Assembly: GCA_008632985.1 (NCBI GenBank)
Contig: QPGO01000031.1
Location: forward strand, 372,001-436,000
Source: Psammoneis japonica
Taxonomy: Eukaryota
DNA length: 64,000 nt
Direction of reading: 5' to 3'
A program made the position numbers and the translations under genes. The notes beneath the pieces are model-generated. The model had not been told where the DNA came from, made no database searches, and worked only from the letters and a program-made list of their open reading frames with translations. Shown here in pieces: positions 57,969 to 64,000 of this stretch (position 1 is its first letter; each line of letters opens with the position of its first letter).

Positions 57969-60649
57969 ATGAAACCCTCAGGACGAGAAGAAGTGCCACT
58001 TACCTCGCCACCCGGTACGCCGGCGGGATCCACAACGTCGTCGTCTCGCGGTCGCTTGTATCGAACCATGGGTGAATCTCGCTTCACCACCAGAGAAATT
58101 GCTGCACTAGATTTTCTGTTGGGTATTCCAATGGAAAAAGAATCGTCTATTGTACAAGCGGGATACTTACAGCAGCAAGAACGTTATGGGGTCGTTCCGA
58201 GCGAGATTTCCTATGGCGAAGAACAGAAACAAGAAGAAGAGGAGGAAGAAAAACATCAACAGGAACTGGACCCACCAACACCGACAACTTCTATCAAATG
58301 GTGGGATAAGTTAATAAAGGGCGGAGATGTGACTCGTCACAAACGAGATGAATTTAGTGATTTGGAACAACCGGACCTACAGGAAGATCAACAAGTCTCT
58401 CTTCATAGTACAACACAAACTACAACTCATGCAGCACTCTCTACAAAAATTGTTCCGCTCCATTCTGCCCCAGGACGTCGTTTGGACGGACGCGATGCTG
58501 TCATGGTTCAAATTCCAACATCTCTTGGTAGCGCAATCAATACACGTCACAAGACGATTGCAAGGCAAGCGGCTGTTCGAGAATGGGAAGTACGAGTGGC
58601 TCATGGATTAGACGAGAATCCAGCTCTCTTGGATGGCCGAGCGTTCTTTTCAAACAAGGGTAGCTATCCCATGGGTGTGTTTAGTGTACTAAAGTATGAA
58701 CCAAAAAAGGAAGAAGCGGCTCTTCGCCGGCAAAAGCTAGAAGCTCTTGGTGGCGGTGGGACACAATTCATTGTGCCGCAACGAGATTGGCGTACGTTGG
58801 TGGCGGACTGTATGATGTTGTAGATTCTCCTCTTAATGCCCTTACTCTGTTTTGTCTTTCTCAGGTGGGATATCTTATCGGGCCTTGCTTCCTCGAGTAG
58901 AAAAGAAAAATAGCGCATTCAATCGACACTTGCGTCGAAACAGAAAAAAGCTTGCGATTGAATCCGAAAGTGGTCTGGAGGATGACAAGGACGACGAAAG
59001 CGAGACTGACGATGAGGATGACTACTCTTCATCGTCAGCCGAATCAGATGCCTACGTTCCTGGCTTTTTAGATGATCCAGAAATGAGACAAGGTCGACAT
59101 CGACATGTGATGAACGGAGATCAAGTCACAGGATGCATCATGGCTTCCACCGTCCAATTTGTAAAGCCACAAGACTTGAAAGCAGATCTCAACAAGCAAT
59201 TTAGAGAACGTTTTGACGGATGGGAACCGCCAAAGGTACATACAACTCAAAGATCGTTACGTATCTATGCTTCCTAATTGCTTGTTGACTAACTCAATTC
59301 ACAATTGCGCAAATCAGTCCCAGCGCAAGTGGATTGGAGCCAAGGTGGTGGACGGCGTCTATACACCAATGGACCCAACAGAAACGACAGAATCGGAGGA
59401 TCGGTTCTCTGAAAACGAAAAACCGACACCAGTTCGTCGACGAGAACGACAGATTTCCATTACGTCCTCCATGGATTCATCAATGGGCGAAAACACCACC
59501 ACGAAGGAAACTATTCGAATGCCCCCATCTCTGACGCTGTCCAAGATTCGCAGTATCAAAGATCAAGCACTGTTGGCTGTTGTCAAGGCGGACTTGGAAA
59601 TTAGTACGGCAGCATTGGCATGTGTGTACTTTGAGCGTCTGTGTTTGGACTGTCGTGTCGACAAGTCAAACCGAAGATTGTCCTTTGCCGCATGCCTCTT
59701 GTTGGCGGCCAAAATCAATGAATCTAACATCGCGCTAGTTATGCAAGAAGGAGGGTCGGATACTACAACGGATAAGATCGGGAAACTCACCACCTTGATT
59801 CGTCCTACAAAAGGAAGTAGTACCATGTTTGAATCGCTATTGGAGTTCTTTACACACGACTGGTCTTTATCTTTGAAGAACTTGTTTGCCGCAGAATGGG
59901 GTGTTTTTGCGGTACGTGCAGCTCAGATGCGTGCACAACGCTTGTTTCTTGTACCGTGCTTTCCCTGAAGCATGCTTGATTCTCTCTTTTTTTTTTTTCT
60001 TTTTTGTTAGGCTCTGGGCTTTTCGTTGCATGCAACTCCGTCACAGGTTGCATTTCATTTCAAACGGTTCATGAAGGTCTTGAGCTGGGGGCAAGTCGCG
60101 TATTTGGGCGACACTCAGTACAATAGCTGGCAAGACTGTTTGCTAGAGGAGGATTTGCGACGGGAAGAGCGAAACAAGAGGCGAGAGAGACGTCAAGAAC
60201 GAAAAGAGCGCAAGCTTATGGAGTTGCAACGTGAGCTACATCGCCATCAAGATGATTCGAAGACTAGAAGAGTGGATGAAGAGCTACATGAAAAGGAGCA
60301 TAGTGTCACAACGTCGTCGAGGGACGCGGTTGCATCAAGCACTTCTGCGTCTTTGCCACTCAAGCAAGAACGCCAAAAGAAGGGGGCCGCGTTGAAAATT
60401 CTGAATCGCTTCAGTCTCAAGAGGCAACACCCAAGTTTGCCTCAGGGCATGGATAAGCTTGACCCATCGTTTCTTTCTGATCATGGGTCGCCTGGTGTCT
60501 CACAAGGCCGAGGAATGGTGAGGTCCCCGTCAATGCCTACGGTAAAGAACTCTTATGACGACTCTGGAGATGAGCCACCGCACCACGATATGAGTAGCTC
60601 AGATGTTTCGGGAGATCTGCTTCATGACGGTGGTGGCATTAATCTATGA
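57969..60649 (+). CDS. CABLES-like cyclin-fold protein; introns ~58792-58865, 59236-59317, 59912-60010
   Basis: LLDGRAFFS..YPMGVFSVLKY, GFLDDPEM.QGRHR, LNKQFRERF, PPSLTLSKIRSIK, LACVYFERL, CLLLAAKINE. Confidence 0.85.
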
Positions 60650-60911
60650 AACGTCTACTACTGGTGCCTTCTGCTAGTAAGGTCACCATAGGCGGAAGAA
60701 AAGCAAAGTCTAGTTTCTGTTACCATGAATGGCATAGTAAAAGCGCAAAGAACAAGAGGCCTCGGGAGGACCGATTTGAGCGTCTCTAGCTATGCAACTC
60801 CAAAAGAACTCATAAGTGCAGAACAAACTACATATGGGCCTTCATGAATCCGGAAGTAGGAAGTAGCGCGCTGGCGCTGTGTACCAAATCAACTAACCCA
60901 CATGCATGACT

Positions 60912-62309
60912 CTAGGTGGCTTGCTTGGCTTCTTCCTCCACACTTTTGTCTTGTTCTTCTTTAGCACGGAACCGCAACACAGACCCTATACATTCCTCTA
61001 GATCGCCATCTAGAAACGCTTGTACATTAGAAGTTTCCCAGTTTGTTCGTTGGTCCTTGACTAGCTTGTATGGTTGTAGGACATAGTTCCGGATTTGAGC
61101 GCCCCAAGCCGCCTCAATCGCATCTCCTCGAATGGCGTTAACTTCGGCAACTTGCTGCTCTTGTGCAATACAAAGCAACTGGCCCTTAAGACGCTTCAAG
61201 GCGATGTTCTTGTTTGCTGCTTGACTTCGTTCTTGAGCGCACTTGACTTGAATGCCAGACGGAAGATGCTTGATCCGAACCGCCGTCTCCACCTTGTTAA
61301 CGTTCTGACCACCCTTACCACCCGCACGTAAGGTGGTAATTTCCAAATCCGAATCAGGAATGTCGACAGTGACAACGTCATTGTCCAGAATCGGCATGAC
61401 GTCCACACCGGCAAAGGTCGTTTGTCGCTTGTTGTTGGAGTTGAAGGGGGAAAGACGAACAAGGCGGTGTGTTCCCCGTTCTCCCCTGAACCAGCCGTAG
61501 GCATTCGGCCCATTAACGAGTATTTCAATTGACTTATAGCCCACTACATCACCTGGAGTAAAGTCTTGGACTTTGGCAGAAAAGCCCAAGTGCTCGGTTT
61601 GCCCATGACGAAGGTACATTCGATGCAACATATCCACCCAATCACAAGCCTCGGTACCCCCCGCTCCAGCCTGAATCGTAATCAACGCAGGGCGATCATC
61701 ATATGGGCCACTCAATAGCAATTCCAATTCAAACCGCTTACTATCTTCCAACAGAGCTTCGGCTGTGGCTTGGCATTCTTCTTGCAAGAGCAACCGTTCC
61801 TCAGGGGGCAGATCTTCATCCTGCGCCATTTCCAACGCCACCGTGACATCTCCATCCCACGCCGTCCACTGCTTTAATCGCTGTAACAGTCGTGAGTAGT
61901 GTGATATTTGAGAATTGACGTATTGATTACGACTCGAATTGGATTCGTCCCAAAAGGATGGATCGGATTGTTCTTTTTCTAAATCGTTCAGCATGATTTC
62001 AATTTTTGATTCATCCATTGTGGATTGTACATTTTTATTCTTGATCTCCAAGGCATCTTGGCAGAGACGTTTCAAGTCTGATAATTCCATGACATTGTTG
62101 CCGGGCAACGAAGACTGCCATCGTCTCGTAAGTTCAATCCGGTTCAATCGATTCTTTTGCTGAACGACGCGATTTCTGAGGGTAGGAAGAAACGATCGTT
62201 TGGGTTGAAAGAAACGAGTCCCACCAAAAGCCAAGACTCGTATTCTATGGGACTGTAGAAGAAACAACATGGAAACGAGACGTAGAAAGAGAAGCAAGGA
62301 CTGCGCCAT
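60912..62309 (-). CDS. prfB: Organellar (probably plastid) peptide chain release factor 2
   Basis: [19 protein letters not shown] (SPF), [23 protein letters not shown]; presequence VLA-FGG. Confidence 0.95.
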   Translation of the reverse strand: MAQSLLLFLRLVSMLFLLQSHRIRVLAFGGTRFFQPKRSFLPTLRNRVVQQKNRLNRIELTRRWQSSLPGNNVMELSDLKRLCQDALEIKNKNVQSTMDESKIEIMLNDLEKEQSDPSFWDESNSSRNQYVNSQISHYSRLLQRLKQWTAWDGDVTVALEMAQDEDLPPEERLLLQEECQATAEALLEDSKRFELELLLSGPYDDRPALITIQAGAGGTEACDWVDMLHRMYLRHGQTEHLGFSAKVQDFTPGDVVGYKSIEILVNGPNAYGWFRGERGTHRLVRLSPFNSNNKRQTTFAGVDVMPILDNDVVTVDIPDSDLEITTLRAGGKGGQNVNKVETAVRIKHLPSGIQVKCAQERSQAANKNIALKRLKGQLLCIAQEQQVAEVNAIRGDAIEAAWGAQIRNYVLQPYKLVKDQRTNWETSNVQAFLDGDLEECIGSVLRFRAKEEQDKSVEEEAKQAT

Positions 62310-62399
62310 GACGACGGCAACAACACAATAGCGGTATCAACAAGACATGCAATGTGCGATGTATCGTCATACTGAAATTGTCGGTCGTCAAATTCGGAC

Positions 62400-64000
62400 G
62401 GACGCCGGATGGACACACGCATCTTCCATCTGCACTGACTGTGCTGTCCGTCTTCATTTCTTTGCTCTCCCGGGCAAACCCACAACGCGGGAAAAACACA
62501 GTGAGTCGCGAAGTTTGTCAGGCACACAGGGCCAGTGATCCTCGATCTCGACACTCAGCACCAGATGGCACCGCGTGTTGATGAGCATGAAGCTGGTCAG
62601 CACCACATGGGTGCAAAACACACAACGTTGGTCGACGATGGGACACTCTCTGTGCTGCTGGTGCGTTGCTGCCACCCCGAGAGACTCAGAGCCAGTGAGC
62701 AGCCTGGATCAGCACATCACATGATTGTCAGTGAACTCCAGCAAGCTCAGATCATGATTTTGGTGCAGACATGCAGACTCAGGTGGGTTGTTTTCCAGCA
62801 GCAGTGCAGCACACTTGAGTGCTTCGTGGGCATTGAGAGATTGCAGCTCCTTTGTCAGTGCAGAGGTTGGATGACATGGAGAAAGAGACACATGCCACCA
62901 TGCCAGCCAAACAATTGTGGCAGCATCAGAGTGCACGACATCGTAATGTCTGCACACATGACAAAAATGTGTTGCTGTGTTGCAAAATCTGCTTGTCTGC
63001 ACATGGTGGTTTTTGCCATTCAGTCAGTTGTCAATCTCCTGCTGTTCTTCATGTTTGAACACAGGTGCTTTTTAATTTTTGTGCTCAGCCTTTTTCACAA
63101 CTGCTGACGATCTTTAACGACAAGCCAAACATTGCAATTGCATGCAATGAAATTTTCATCATGTGAAGTGTGCACCAATTGTTCAACCAATGACTGTGCT
63201 CCAATTGGCCTGTTCGTCCGCATCGTCCTCTTCATTCCATGTGTCTTGTCCGCTCTCTTGCAAGAATTTCAAACACACATGCCGCTGCCATGTTGGATGT
63301 TTCCTCGTCACTGTTCCAAAAAAGCCACACTGCATTTCTTGCATTTGGGCGAACATCATCGAGAGGAAGAGGTCCCTCGAAACGCAGAATCGTGTCGCTG
63401 CTCCCCTCTTGACGTCGTGTCATCTGCTTCTTTTTCTCTTTCTTCATTTTTCCCATCCTGTTTTTCTCTTCCTTCTTCGTCTTGGCGCTGCCTGTTTTCA
63501 CCGTCTCCGGCATCTTTCCATCCGAATCCTTCTTTTTCATTGATCCTGTCACCGTCACCTTCATCGTGTGTGACTTTGTTTTGGATCCATGTTTCTGACT
63601 TCTCTCTGTGCTGTCCCCATTTCCGAATGTTTCTTTGTGATTGTTCGCATGCGTCACTTGAAGGCACCCATGTGTTCTTCATGCACCTTAACGCGCATGT
63701 AGAAATCCATGTTGTTTTCCAGCACATGCACCCTTTCTCCTGATGCTGTTCCATGCAACATTTTCTTCCATCAATTCTACACTCCGCACTGCCCTTTCCC
63801 GGTGCAATCTCACGCAGGATTTCTCTGGGAGAAGTTGCGTGCGCGTCTGGTGGGTTTTTGTGTGTGAAACTCCAAATCCTGCCAGGCGCGTGTGTGACTT
63901 CTCCCACGCACCACTCTGGTGTGTTTCTGCAGAAACCAGAATTTTGTGACTGACGCACGACCAATCTGGTGAATGCAATGGCGGACCCACGACCACAACA
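62400..64000. other. TpA-depleted block C (runs off the window), degraded coding-like DNA
   Basis: About 5 TA dinucleotides counted in 63001-64000 while CpG is still common. Confidence 0.88.

Overview
Eukaryotic, intron-containing genomic DNA, most likely from a diatom (short GT-AG introns, several signal-peptide + F/L plastid-type presequences). About 20 ordinary genes are recognisable, including a mitochondrial-carrier-family protein, CRAL-TRIO, Nudix, purU, Skp1-like, V-ATPase c, bestrophin, MYND, KH-EEP, CABLES-like and release factor 2. Three things stand out. (1) Three sharply bounded blocks (~10.8-21.9, ~25.65-28.3 and ~62.4-64 kb) have lost almost all TpA, and often CpG. The surviving TpAs are mostly YTAR and conserved Tyr in transposon relics reads as Cys/His, pointing to a RIP-like A:T->G:C hypermutation of TAY/RTA sites in silenced DNA. 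(2) A complete, unmutated 5.4-kb Mutator-like element (32201-37596) has a 9-bp TSD, imperfect TIRs, a transposase and a spliced accessory gene with SUMO-interacting-like motifs and basic repeats. (3) A diverged inverted duplication carries an RmuC-like nuclease and RBR-ligase remnants, with the arms about 22 kb apart. All calls and counts are by eye; no searches were run.
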